A DNA stretch of 64,000 nt, taken from NCBI RefSeq assembly GCF_018350175.1, contig NC_058369.1:15750001-15814000 (forward strand). Reading direction: 5' to 3'. Source of the DNA: Felis catus. Lineage: Eukaryota. Position 1 is the stretch's first letter; the number at the start of each line of letters is the position of its first letter. Shown piece after piece: positions 25,059 through 37,690 of this stretch. A program made the position numbers and the translations under genes. The notes beneath the pieces are model-generated. The model did no database searches and was not told the DNA's origin. It saw nothing but the letters and a program-made list of their open reading frames with translations.

Positions 25059-26666
25059 TTACTGAGTGGCCCATACTTCCGGCTTCCCCTAGGCCTCTGG
25101 GCTAACCCAGCCCTCTAACGAGGGCTCCCGCCATCCTCCAAGCCTTTCCCCCTCACGGTGGGGGGCGCCCCTTGCGTAACCACCCGCTTGCAGGTTACAT
25201 ACCCCCCTGGCCTTCAAAACCCCCCTCGCACACCCAGACTCTTCACACACACGAGCCCCCGCAGCCAATACAATGGACATTCGGGGAGGGCAGGTGACCT
25301 CAGGCTGCTGGGAGCACCTCAGCTGAGTTAACTCCACCCAATTGGTTTTCAGGCTGCGCTGAGGTTATGAGAGAAGCCCCATGGGTATGGTTCACGGGCT
25401 GGGGCTGGGGGGGTTTGCAAGAGGAAAACAGAGTCGGGACAGAAAGAACACAGGAGTAGCTCCCTGGAGGTGACCACACGGACGAGGACCCGTCTCCCAG
25501 GTGTCTTTGGGGCTCTGTGCACGGGGTGGGTGCTGGGCACACAGTGGGCACTCGACGGGCAATGCCAGGTGCTGACCCAACGGCCCGGAGGCCTCAGGAG
25601 CTCTGTCCCCTCGTCTCCGAGGTGCCAAATCACGGTCCTCCTGGCCCTGCCCGCCCCACCTGCGGCTCACCTGGCCCCGAGGGCAGTGGTTTCCCAGGGA
25701 TGTGCTACAAACCCCCAGGCCCGGCAAGGCGTTCACAGAAGCTCCACGAGACAGAGGGCTCTGCGGAGACTAATTAATCCCTATCTAATCCAGTCTTCCC
25801 ACGCCCAGTATAAAGCTGTTGGGAAGTGGTTTACTAGACACGGTCCACCAAAATGACCCCGTGGGTGTGCACATGTGTGCGTACACACACGTGTGCACAC
25901 ACAAACACACACACACACACAGACACCCACCCACCTGATGAGTAAAGTAAAATCCAATCCTGGGCAGGCGGATTATGCGACATCGAGCAGCTAAAACTAC
26001 TCTGAGATCTTACAAACAAGCATTGTTACAGCATTTTTTTTTTAAATGCCACCAACTTAGGAGGTCCTTGCTACTTTTATTGCCGCGTGAACACGACTGG
26101 GCAGCAGGAGCCCTACGGGGTCTGAACTCTGGAGGAGTCAGATGGGAAGAGATGTACATCCGGGTTACTGAACACCCAGCGTGCTCTAGATCTCACGCTG
26201 GGCCTGGGCCCACCTCAGAAGCCGGGCGGTGGGAGGCGATGAGGGACGGGCAGAGAATGGAAAGCCTCGGGACAATGCGGGGTGCCAGTCTTCGCTGGGG
26301 GCAGCCAGGTAACTGGGACCCAGCATCCCCGGCAGGACTGGCTTGGCCTCATCACCAAATGATGCCCAACCCCAGCTTCCCCTCCCCCCCCCCCCATCGC
26401 CTGAAAGTGAGGAGGCTCGGGGCGGCCTTGGGGCTGCACAAGTAGGGCCACCCTCCAAGGTTAGAACAGTCATGATGGAGGGTGGCAGCACCATGGACAG
26501 ACACAGACGCAGCGGCAAGAGTCTGCAGGAAGACAAGCCGGCCTGGTGCCGGGCACACTCACTCACGCTCGGCAGGTGCCCGGAAGGCTTCCCCAACCCC
26601 CAACCCGCAGACTCCCATTTCACAAAAGAAACGAGGAAGAGCTCGAGTCACAGCTTGTAGTGGGGA

Positions 26667-26667
<1 letters not shown>

Positions 26668-26713
<46 letters not shown>
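26668..26713. repeat. (CA)n microsatellite
   Basis: Seen directly. Confidence 0.95.
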
Positions 26714-26715
<2 letters not shown>

Positions 26716-26849
26716 CAGTACCCTAACACGAGACCAGACGCAGAGCTATCTGTCCGAGTACTTTGGTGGGCAGTTGTCAGGGAAACAGACTCGAGCCAAA
26801 TGGTCTGGCCTGCGCTCCTGTCGCCATCACCTACGTGCTGTCGGACGCT

Positions 26850-27000
26850 GGGAAAGTGACTGAGCTCCTCTGAGCCTCACTTTCGTCTATAAAATGGGAT
26901 AAGACATCACTCCGTCCTCAAAGGACTGTTGGGAGGATATAGGGGACAAAGAGATGCAAAGTGTTTAAGCGGTGCCTGCCCCGTTTGGGGCGTTATTTAA
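26850..27000 (+). mobile_element. MIR remnant
   Basis: ctctgagcctcactttc...tataaaatggg core. Confidence 0.6.
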
Positions 27001-27307
27001 GTGTTTGCCGTCAGCGTGACGTTATCATATCCCAACTTTTACTTCGTGTCAGTTCTTCCAAAGCACCTGCCGGAGCTCAGAAAAAGGCACGAGGAGAAAG
27101 GCTCTGCCGCCGCCTGCAGGGTGTGCGAGGCCAGCCGCCGGCCCTCCGGGGTACGCTTCTGGCAAAGCCCCTTCCGAGCCTGTGGCTTTTCTTGGGAAAG
27201 GTCTTCTTTCACCCGATGCGAGCGGCCGCGCTTCTACGTGACCGCACCAAAGCCCTCCTTCCCCGAAGCCCCCACCGCTGGCCGTGCGGGCGGACCGTGT
27301 AACTAAC

Positions 27308-27426
27308 CTGTCCAAGCTCTCGCGCAGGACGGCCCCCTCCTCGTCCTTCTTCCGCAGGGCGGCCTGGCACTCTGCGAGACGCTTGCTGGTGCAGTTCAGC
27401 TTCTCTCCCAGCTCTGCCTGGGTGGC
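27308..27426 (-). CDS. FYCO1: FYCO1 exon 10
   Basis: 119 nt, [40 protein letters not shown]; cag|...AG|gttag. Confidence 0.93.
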
Positions 27427-28060
27427 CTGGCACAGGACATCGGGGAGAAGACGCTTAGCAAGAGTGTCTTAACAAGAGCCCTCGCGGCAGGCCGGGAAGG
27501 GACCTGGCTCTCCGCCCCATCTGGTTGGGTCTCTTTTAACTGGAGGGGGTTTTAAGTTCAAGAGGCCAAGAACCTTTGGTCTGCGCTGGCGGGGCGTGAC
27601 ACACTCCTGTTTGTAATTCTAGCCCCCGAGTATTAATTGCAAGGCGTTGGGGCGCTTGGTGGGGGGGGGGGCGCAGGAATCCGAATCTCGGAGGACTGGC
27701 TGGGGGCAGGGCTCCCCCTGGGTTCAGAACCACCGGCTCAAGAGACGCCTGCAGAGACGGCTGAGGAGCACAGTCTGTTTCCTTTCCATAGGGCTGGCTG
27801 GAAACCACAGCTGGCAGCCCCAGCCAGGGGTCCAGGAGGTAGAAGGCTGCGGTGCACACCCAGGATGCCTACAGGGCCGAACGGATGGGAGCTCCGGCTC
27901 GGGAACTGGGAGCCTTGCGGGCGGCCCTCCTAACGGGTCCAGTGGAAAGCATGCCGGGCCCTGCTCCCTGATAGGCACACACACTGGGGTGGGAACGACC
28001 GGGCAGAGGGGGGCACCCCAGAATCCCGGGCCGCTGGTCAGCACACTCCCTGGGGCCTAC

Positions 28061-28153
28061 CTTCAGCCTCTCCGCAGCCTCCTCGGCGGCCTGCAGCTGC
28101 CGGCCTCGCTCCTCAAGCTGGGCCCTGAGGCTCCCGCAGTCTTCACTGGCAGC
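28061..28153 (-). CDS. FYCO1: FYCO1 exon 9
   Basis: 93 nt, AASEDCGSLRAQLEERGRQLQAAEEAAERLK; ctccag|...|gtaggc. Confidence 0.93.
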
Positions 28154-29205
28154 CTGGAGATGATGAGAGAGGGGTCGTCAAAGCGGGATCCTGACATACG
28201 GAGACCCCCCTCAGCCCCATTCCCCCGAATGGGTAAAAACAAGCTACCCCTCTCTTCTGCACCAAACTCAGTAAGCTTTGGGCTTCACTGGTGACAACAT
28301 CCTTTCAAGCTTACTAAGAAACTGAGTTTGGTCCTCAAACTTAGAGTTTAATTTCTGCAAGGAGAAAAGTGCCCCATGAGCCACACGGAGCAGCACAGGA
28401 TGGGTGACACAGCGCAGGAGGCACATCCGTGTCTGGGAGTGAGCACAGACCTCGGTGCAAACGAGCAAGTTTGGAAGCCCAAACCCCACGGCCATCCTGC
28501 TCGTGTCCTGGGTCGTAGCCACTCTTAACCCTTTTTCTCTGTGCAGTCCCGAAGGCACATGGGAGCCCGCTGTCTATCCCAAGGGCTTTGTGACAAACTA
28601 ACTGAGCCAGTTTCTTACCACGGTGCCTGTCATCAGGATGGCACGTGAAGGGCCAGAAAACCCAGGGACAGGGCTCGCAGGCGGGAAGTGCTGGTGCCTG
28701 CAGTAGTAGGTTCTAGAGGCTAGGGCAAGGGTCTCAAACTCACAGGCCCAGAGGGGCTGGGCAAGTACCTAAACGAGTGTAAGGAAAACACCAAAGGGTG
28801 CGTGTGTCCTTGAAAGGGGGCAGCCACCACCCAGCTCCTGGTGACTGCTGCCAGGTGGCAAGGAGGGCACAGTCTCTGAGATCTTCTGAGATTTCAAAGG
28901 AAGCCCCCAGACTGAATTTGTAAACACCTTGCTCTTTAAATGCTGGCTGCTAATTTTAAAAAGCCGCTCCATATGAGCCAAACCCGTCTGCAACCACCTT
29001 GGGTTTAGACTTCTGGCTAGGGCGTTGCTCTGGACACATGCCCTAAAGCATCCATGAGGGTGGGGGAAGGGTGCTGTGACCTAGCCATGTCTGCCGGCTG
29101 CCCGGTACATTCTTAGGCCGTCGCGTGCCACATGGCTGCAGACGCGTCCTATCCTCTCGTGGGCCCGTCGGGCCCCGCCGCAGGGGGGGTCGAGGCCGGG
29201 ACTAC

Positions 29206-31500
29206 CTTCAGTCTGCTCTGGTGGTCCATGATCTCGGTGCTCAGCTGGAACTTGAGAGCGCTGAGCTCCTCGTGTGCGGCCTCCTGGAGGCTCTGCGCCC
29301 GCTGCTCGGCCTGGGCCAGCTGGGCCTGCAGGCCGGGCAAGGAGCGGGCCGCCTCCTCGGCCACCTTCAGCCTCTCCTGCAAGCTGTCCTTCTCTCGCTG
29401 CAGCCCAGCCACTCGGTGCTCCAGGCCCTCCCGCTCCCTTGAGGCCGCCTCTCTGGCGTCACGGAGCTCCTGGACGGCGCGGGCCAGGGCCTCCTCCGCC
29501 TGCTGTTTCTCCACGAGCTGAGTGCAGCGGTGGCCGTGGGGCTCGGCTGTGTCTGCGCTGGCCCCGGGCAGCTGCTCCCGCGGCTCGGCCTGTCCCAGCG
29601 GGGCTTCCCGGGAGCCGTGTCCTGCCTGGGACTGCTCCTCCTCGGCCCTGTCCTCCCGCAGCGCCCCTTCGTGCCCCGAGCCCTGCGGCGGCTCCCGACC
29701 GCGGGCCTTCTTGAGGGCCTCGTTCTGCTCCTGCAGCTGCTGCACGAGGGCCCTGTGCTCCCTCAGAGCGGCCTCGGCCACGCTCAGCTGGCTCTGGGCC
29801 TTCTCCCGGTCACCCAGGGCTGCCTGGAGCTCGGCCTGAAGGTCTGGCACCCCCGCCTCCCCCTGCCGGGCCTCTGGCTCTGCCTGACTCGGGGCCAGCT
29901 GGGCCCCCGGCTCCCGCGGGGCGGTGCCTTCGGGGGGGCCGAGCCCCTGCTGGCCTTTCTCTGCACGGAGGGTCTCGATCAGCTGGGTCTGCCGCTGGCA
30001 CTGGCTCTCAAGAGCCTTGAGCTCCCTTTCCTGGGCCTCTGCCCGCTGCCGGCACTGCCCCACTGCCTCCTGCAGCTGCTGGCACTCGGCCTCCTTGCTC
30101 CGCAGGGCGGCCTCCTTCTCCGCCGCGTGGGCCCTCATGGTCTCCTTGGCCTTCCTCACGGCCAGGAGGCTCGCCTCCATCTGGTCTCCCATGTGCCGGA
30201 TGCTGGCCTGCTCAGACTCCAGGGAGGCCAGGGAGCTCCGGATGGCCGCCTCCCGCTGCTGCAGCGCCTGGTAGTCGGCCTGCAGGGCCTGCAGCTTGCC
30301 CTCGAGGAGCTGGTTGCGTTCCAGTGCTTTCTGTAGCTCCTTCTTCAGCTCCCCGTCGGCCTGCTGGAGCCTCTCCTCCCGTCCGCTCCCTGGCGTCTCG
30401 GGGCCACCGGTCTGGCCCTCCTGTGGGCTGCGCGGCCCCTCCTCCGGCCCCCTGGAGGCCTGCCGCGGGGTGGCGCCCGGGGGCCCCGGCTGCTCGGCCA
30501 GCCGCTCCAGCGCCCCCACCTTCTGGCTCAGGTGGTCTCTGTCCCGGGCGAGCTGCTGCCTCTGCTCCTCCAGGTCACCCACGTGCTGGCTCAGCTGCGC
30601 CAGCTGGGCCTCCAGGACCCGCAGCTGCCGCGCCAGCGCCCCGGCCTCCTGCTCCAGCAGCCCCTTCTCCTGTCGCCGCTGCCGCTCCTCCTGCCTCACC
30701 TCTGCCAGCTCCTCCTCCAGGGAGCTCAGGTGGGCGAGGGCCTCGTGTAGCTGTCGCCGCAGCCGGGTGGCCTCCTGCCCCTTCCCGGCCAGCTCCTCCA
30801 GCCGGTGCTCCAGGCCGGCCCGGGCCTCCTCCTTCAGCCGTAGCTCCTCGGCCAGCTGCCCCAGCTGGGCGCTCTGCTGCCTGCTGAGCTCCTGGACCTC
30901 GGCGTGCTCTCTCTCCAGGGCCCGAAGCTTCTCCCCCAGCTCCTGGGTCCCCGGCGCCGGGTCCCCGGGGAGGGGCTTCCGCCGCCCCGGCGTGTCCGGC
31001 ACCGGAGCGGGCACCGAATCTGCCTCCTGCTCTGCCGACCGCGGGCTCTTCCTGTCCGGCGAGCCCCACGCGGCCTCGAGCTCCCGGGCCAGGGGCTGCA
31101 GCACGGACTCCAGCCGCCGCAGGGCCGAGTGGGAATCCTCCTCCTTCTCCGCCGCCCCCCGCTCCAGGGCCCGCAGGCACTCCTGAAGCTCCTTCACGGC
31201 GCTCTGTGCGGCCTGGGTGACCTCCCACTGCTTCTGGAGCTCGGCCACCAGGCGAGTGAGGCGGGCGTTGTCCTCAGCCGCGGCGCGGCCCCTCTCCCTC
31301 TCCGTCTGCAGCTGCTCCCCCTGCAGGCTGACGGTCGCCCTCAGCCCCTGGTTCTCCGTGTCCAGCTGGTGCACCTGCTCCTGCAGCTGCTTCTCCCGCA
31401 CCTCCAGCTGGTCCAGCTCCAGGCGCATCTCGTCGAAGCCCTCCAGCGCCTCGTTGTGTAAGGGGCTGCTCAGGTCAAAGCTGGAGGCCGTCTCCTGAGT
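29206..31500 (-). CDS. FYCO1: FYCO1 exon 8 (large coiled-coil exon, 2295 nt / 765 codons)
   Basis: Within ORF 29149-31524; [14 protein letters not shown]...[14 protein letters not shown]-rich heptads; ccccag|...AAG|gtag. Confidence 0.96.
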
Positions 31501-32227
31501 CTGGGGAGGAGAAAGAGGACACAAGTGGCTTCGGCACGGAAGCTACGCGGCTCCTGGGAAAAGCGCTCGAGTTTAATGAGAACAAAACCCAAAATACAGC
31601 AATCACGGGGCGTAAGGCTGGTCTATCGAGCTAGCCAAAGGGCTGGAAGCACGAGCTGCAGGAGGTCAGGGCGCATCCTAAAGGCACAACCCACACACGT
31701 GAGCTCCGCCCGGGGCCTCGGAACCCGCGCGTCCCATCCAGCCTCCTGTAGCTTTGGGAGCGTAATGGACACTGGTGCTTAGATTCGTTAAGTTACATTC
31801 AAACTATTGTCCACCACTGCTCCAGACCTACAACTCCTTTTGTGATTCAACCACAAAACAGAGTTAAAGCTCCATTTATTCGCCAGTCTTAATGCTTTTC
31901 CTATTTTCACATCTTGTTTTTAACTGCACCGCTCTTTCCTATAGAACTACATGCAGCTATGATACATTCACTTTCTAACACAGTTAACAAAATTAACCCT
32001 GCCCACGAACACCGACTGAGCACTCACTGGTCTATGTCAAGCCCGGAAGCACTGTGCGTGCACCCCGTCACTCAGTCCGCGACATCACCTCGTGAGCTAC
32101 GATGACTTTCATGCCCCCATTTTCTAGATGAGACAGCTGAGGTTTCAAGAGGGTGAGTGGTCTGCCCAGGGTCACACAACTCATGGGGGACAGTCAGCTG
32201 CTTTTAACCCAAGTGCCAAACTGCTTT

Positions 32228-32436
32228 GGGGCACCTTGGGTGGCTCAGTCGGTTAAGCGTCCGACTTCAGCTCAGGTCATGATCTCACTGTTCGTGAGTT
32301 CGAGCCCCGCGTCGGGCTCTGTGCTGACAGCTCGGAGCCTGGAGCCTGCTTCCGATTCTGTCTCCCTCTCTCTCTGCCCCTCCCCAGCTCATGCTCTTCC
32401 AAAAATAAATAAATATTAAAAAAAAAAAAAAAAAAA
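32228..32436 (+). mobile_element. Carnivore SINE
   Basis: Canonical head and A tail. Confidence 0.92.
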
Positions 32437-32668
32437 GGAAGATACCTTAAAAGCTTCTAACAAAATCTAACCTCTAAAAGGCCTAAATTCTCTTGGGTTA
32501 TAAAAACCTGGACTGTAGGAAGCAGAGGGTATAACTGAGGGTTTACGTTGCTCTGGCTGGAACAAAAGGTGTCTGAGAACAGCCCCCCTCCCCCCCCCAT
32601 TGTAAGCAACAAGGACATACGCTGGCTGACACGGTAGGGAGGAAGTCCCCAGCCTTTTCTGGCATTAC

Positions 32669-32759
32669 CTGCAGGTAGTTGCTCACCAAGCTGCTCATGC
32701 TGGAGCTTCGGCTGGGGGGTCTCCACAGGTAGGCAGAGGAGCCAGCGGCCAGCGTCCTC
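32669..32759 (-). CDS. FYCO1: FYCO1 exon 7
   Basis: 91 nt, [30 protein letters not shown]; ctcag|...|gtaatg. Confidence 0.95.
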
Positions 32760-33210
32760 CTGAGGGGCCACAGAGCAGACAGACCTGGGTCAGAGCAGGA
32801 AATACACACGCGCGTACGTGCACCCGGGGGCCTTGGTTATCACAAGGCACCCAGTGGTGGGAGGGGGCAGTGCCCTCCCAGATAGAGCGTAACAAGGCAA
32901 AACCCATCAGCTTCTGCCAAAGGGCAGATTTACGTGGGGCTACAGCGGATGCACTCCACTGCTGAGTTTCAATGTAAGGCCTCTCCACCCACTGCCCAGA
33001 AAGAACGAAATGAACATATTACTTCCCAATTTTTGCTTTAAATTGTCCTTACATCTTTGTTCCTGTCATAGTCTGCTCGCGAGGGAAAAGTGGCAATCAA
33101 TCTGAGAAATAAAGGTGACATGGTGCTTGGAGGCAGCCTTGCAGTGGTCATAAAAGTACAACTAGCCTAAGTCTGTATCCCTAGGGAAGCAGATAAACTG
33201 GTTTAGTTGC

Positions 33211-33430
33211 GGGGCGCCCAGGTGGTGCAGTCGGTTAAGCGTCCAACTCTTGATCTCGGCTCAGGTCATGATCTCACGGCTGGTGGGTTTAATCCCCGCA
33301 TCGGGCTCTGTGCTGACAGTGCAGAGCCTGCTTGGGATTCTCCCCCTCCTCTCTCTCTGCTCCTTCCCCGCTCGTGCACGCGCTCTCCCTCTCAGAATAA
33401 ACTTAAAAAAATAAATAAATAAATAAATAA
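33211..33430 (+). mobile_element. Carnivore SINE
   Basis: 18-bp TSD ataaactggtttagttgc (33193-33210 and 33431-33448). Confidence 0.93.
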
Positions 33431-33484
33431 ATAAACTGGTTTAGTTGCACAAGAGAATACTCTATACCGTGGCTCGGAGATCTC

Positions 33485-33714
33485 TTTTTTTTTTTTTTTA
33501 TTTTTTTTTTTCAACGTTTATTTATTTTTGGGACAGAGAGAGACAGAGCATGAACGGGGGAGGGGCAGAGAGAGAGGGAGACACAGAATTGGAAACAGGC
33601 TCCAGGCTCCGAGCCATCGGCCCAGAGCCCGATGCGGGGCTCGAACTCACGGACCGAGAGATCGTGACCTGGCTGAAGTCGGACGCTTAACCGACTGCGC
33701 CACCCAGGCGCCCC
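33485..33714 (-). mobile_element. Young-type felid SINE
   Basis: Reverse-complement head, long T tail, TSD tcggagatctc(ttt) on both sides. Confidence 0.93.
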
Positions 33715-33734
33715 TCGGAGATCTCTTTTTTAGT

Positions 33735-33880
33735 GAAGGACCAGACAGAACGCATTTCACACTTGCAAGCCTTATGGTCTCCGTCACAACAACTCGACTC
33801 TGCCGCTGTTGCAGCAGAGCAGCCGTGGACAACATGGAAATGAGTGTGGGAAGCCGTGTGGGCTGTGGCCTGTTGACCCC
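33735..33880. mobile_element. MER58-like hAT MITE
   Basis: ggtctccgtcacaacaactcgactctgccgctgttgcagcagagcagccgtggacaa resembles the MER58A core. Confidence 0.65.
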
Positions 33881-34329
33881 ACTCTACAGCTACAGAACTC
33901 CATGTGTCTAAAACCAGGCGAAATGAAAAAAAAAAAAAGCAGATCGCAAAAGGATGGCCGTCTCACGGTTCCGTGTGTGCAAAATTTACAAATAAATACA
34001 AAACAAAACCATACATACAGAAGATACCTATGGATACACACACAGTGAAACACAAGAACACTTGGGAATGACCTGCATCAACTACAGGGCTGTGATTACT
34101 TCTAGGCAGGAACTGAAGAGAAAAGTGTGACGGTGGCTGGGCTTTATTTGGAGCTGGAAGATTTTATTTCCTACAAAGTTGGTATCAGACATGACAACAA
34201 CCAACAACAACAAAAAAATACCCCCAAAAAACAAAAACAACCCCAAACCCCCAAAATCCCAGCTTGATGGGGCTCCCACTGGGCAAATACGGAATAATTT
34301 AAGTTTCAAAATAAAAGATTACAGTGACA

Positions 34330-35560
34330 GACTATAACCCACTGAATAAAATAACCCACGAGTCAACACTGCTATCAATCAATCGACACATGAATGAGGA
34401 AGAAGGAAAAGATCTTTCTTACAATCGGGTGCTAGCTACTAATGTACAAGGAGGAATGGAGTCAGAAAAATCACTCTGGCAATCATGACGGACTCAGGCA
34501 AGAATTACCAACAGATGCTGAAACTAACAGGTGGCAGATTTAGAAACAAACAATGGGGTAACAACCTCATCGTAAAATATCTTCCCCTAAGAAACACACC
34601 GATTACTTGGGGCGCCTGGGTGGGTCAGTCGGTTAAGCGTCCGACTTCGGCTCAGGTCATGATCTCACAGTTCGAGATTTTGAGCCCCCTGTCAGGCTCT
34701 GTCCTGACAGCTCACAGCCTGGAGCCTGCTTGGGATTCTGTGTCTCCCTCTCTCTCTCTGCCCCTTCCCCCACTCACGCTCTGTCTCTCTCAAAAATAAA
34801 TAAACATTAAAAAAAAATAAAAAGAAACACACTGATTACAAAGGGAGATACAGTAACTTTAGGGAGATCTTGGAAACACCAGATGACTTAATAGTCGCGG
34901 TTAACCACCCTGGTAATGAAACAAATCAACATCGTGTGTCTCCAGACGATATGCTGAGGAGGACACAACATCTGGGGTACTCCCTCTGGAAACACTTACC
35001 CTGAACCTCACAATGAGGAACAGCCTAGGCAAACAGAAACGAAGGAACATTTTAGAAAATAATTGGCTTGCGCTTTTCCAAAATGTCTACACTATCAAAG
35101 ACAAAGACGGGGAAACTGTTCCAAGTTCAAAGAGATCAGAGAGACCTGGCATTAACTGCGGCATGTGTTTCTGGGCTGGCTTTTGGTTTATAAAAGACAT
35201 TACTGGGATAATTCCTAAAATCTGGCCTATAAATCAGTAGCATTGTATCAATATTCATTTCCCAATCTTAATAACTACGCTGAGGTTATACATAAGAGGG
35301 TGCCCTTGACTTTAGGAAATACACCATGAGGTACCTAGGAATAAAGAGAGGGGAATCGACTCTGTAGCTTACTCTCAAATGGCCTAGGAGATACACCAAC
35401 ATGTACCGATAAAGAGAAAGAATGATAGAAACAGTTGTAGTAAAACACTGGTAATTAGGGAAATCGAGGTAACAGCCAGATGAACGCTCTGTGGCATTTC
35501 GGGGGCAACTCTGCTGGTAATTAGGAATTGATCGCAAAATTAAAAAGTTTTAAAAAGGAC
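34330..35560 (+). mobile_element. Ancient L1M 3' region split by a SINE
   Basis: AT-rich old L1 3'UTR-like sequence (attgtatcaatattcatttcc, ttaggaaatacac). Confidence 0.55.
34609..34823 (+). mobile_element. Carnivore SINE
   Basis: Canonical head; TSD aagaaacacacYgattac. Confidence 0.93.
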
Positions 35561-36188
35561 ACGTGCAGCAAATACGGGCCAACGGTTAGCTATTTGATCT
35601 CGGAGGCTGGCCCATGGGCATCGTCATGTCCGGTACTTTTCTCTACACAGAAAATACTCCTAATGTAAAATATAAAAATTTACATGAAAAGAAAATCTGT
35701 ATCAACAGAAAGCAAAACAAAGAACGCTGGAGTGGAGGTGAGCTCGAGTCTGGCACCTCAGCCCTGCCGGGTGACCTTGGGCAGGCCCCCCTGTCATCTG
35801 AGCCTGTCCCCTCCCATCTCCCTCCTGGAGTGGCACGGGAGTGCCACACCGGTAAGAAGTGAAAATCCTGCAGCTTTTTCAGCGACCCGTGCATGGGCGA
35901 GCTGTACCTCCCTCTCCTGCGGCCTGCAACCCTGCAAGGACACAACCAGGAAAAAACCTACCGGCTCCCCGCAGGCCGCCCCCGAAGAAACCTCGGGTTT
36001 TGCATATGTGTCTCCACTGACTCATTTGCCACCTGGCTGATGGGGAGAGTTTCAGGTTGGAGCCTTCCGATGTTATCATCGTTGATCACAGACACGACAA
36101 CGTCTGTACGATCAGGAGGGCCGGAGAGAGCTGCCAAACCTTTATTTATGTAATTTACCGAGCGGCATCTCTTTTCCCTGTCTTTTCA

Positions 36189-36455
<267 letters not shown>

Positions 36456-36486
36456 CTAATGAGTTAAATTCAGACAGACAGACACA

Positions 36487-36487
<1 letters not shown>

Positions 36488-36521
<34 letters not shown>
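36488..36521. repeat. (CA)n microsatellite
   Basis: Seen directly. Confidence 0.95.
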
Positions 36522-36522
<1 letters not shown>

Positions 36523-36874
36523 AATTTGATTTTCTTTCGAATGAGCTTGCTCTTCAAGGAAATTGCTGGAATGAACCAGATGCATATTCACTTACTGTTT
36601 ACATCCTATCTATTTTCCCAAAAAGGATACGAGAAAACTTAAATCTCAATTATTTGCCCGGAAAGGGACAGCTGTTGGGGAAAGTACTCTTCTTTTTTGA
36701 AATGTAACCTCATCTTCTATTCCTTCTAGAGAAATCAACAGCAGAACGGTGAGCTCACGGCTAAATTCTGTCCAGACGCCAATGTTAAAGCCAAGAAACA
36801 AAATATCCTCACTTGGAGGTGCTGGTTGTTTCGCTTCACGTGGAGCAAGAAGAATTTAAAAAAGGCCACACTGT

Positions 36875-37364
36875 GGGGCTCCTGGGTGGCTCAGTCGGTT
36901 AAGCATCTGACTTCAGCTCGGGTCATGATCTCACAGCTTGTGAGTTCGAGCCCCACCTTGGGCTCTGTGCTGACAGCTCGGAGCCTGGAGCCTGCTTCGG
37001 ATTCTGTGTCTCCCTCTCCCTCTGCCCCTCCCCTGCTCACACTTTGTCTGTCTGTCTGTCTGTCTCTCTCTCAATAATAAGTAAACGTTAAAAAAAAAAA
37101 TTTTTTTTTTTTTTTTTTTAATTTAAAAAGGCCACACTGAGGGCCGCCTGGGTGGCTTAGCGGGCTAAGCGGTCAAGTCTTGATCTTGGCTCAGGTCACG
37201 ATCTTGCGGTCTGTGAGTTCGAGTCCCGCGTCGGGCTGTGTGCTGACGGTGCAGAGCCTGCTTGGGATTCTGTCTTTCCTTCTCTCCCCCTCTCCCCTGC
37301 TTGTGCTCTCAATCTATCCCTCTCAAAAATAAACACACACTAAAAAGTTTAAAGTAAATAAATA
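36875..37364 (+). mobile_element. Two tandem carnivore SINEs (36875-37125, 37141-37364)
   Basis: Two heads and two tails, separated and flanked by aaaaggccacRctg. Confidence 0.92.
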
Positions 37365-37653
37365 AAAAGGCCACGCTGATGAGTGCAAAGACGCCTGTGA
37401 AATGGGACACATTGGAAGCCAAGCTGCTTGTGACAGTTCTCACCAAACACCTGGAACAAAATAATCTTCAAACCAAACGTGAGAAGATTCTTAACGCATC
37501 TGAATTCACAAAGCCTGTCACATGCATGAGACATACATCTTTATGCAAATCAATCTTAAAGACGACAAATGAAACACAGTATTTTCCCCTAACCTTTTTT
37601 TTTTTTAATCCACAACTGATTTCTTTGATTGACTGAAGAACCCTCCCTAGGGA

Positions 37654-37690
37654 CGGGGGGGGGGGGGGGGGGGGGGCTGGGGGGGGGGGG
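37654..37690. repeat. Poly-G tract interrupted by ct
   Basis: Seen directly. Confidence 0.9.

Noticed and set aside
29274..31498. Long plus-strand and alternate-frame ORFs over exon 8 (e.g. 30296-31186, 29530-30336, 30575-31228)
   Set aside because: Shadows of a very GC-rich coding exon; low-complexity Ser/Cys/Ala or Gly/Ala products with no recognisable domain.
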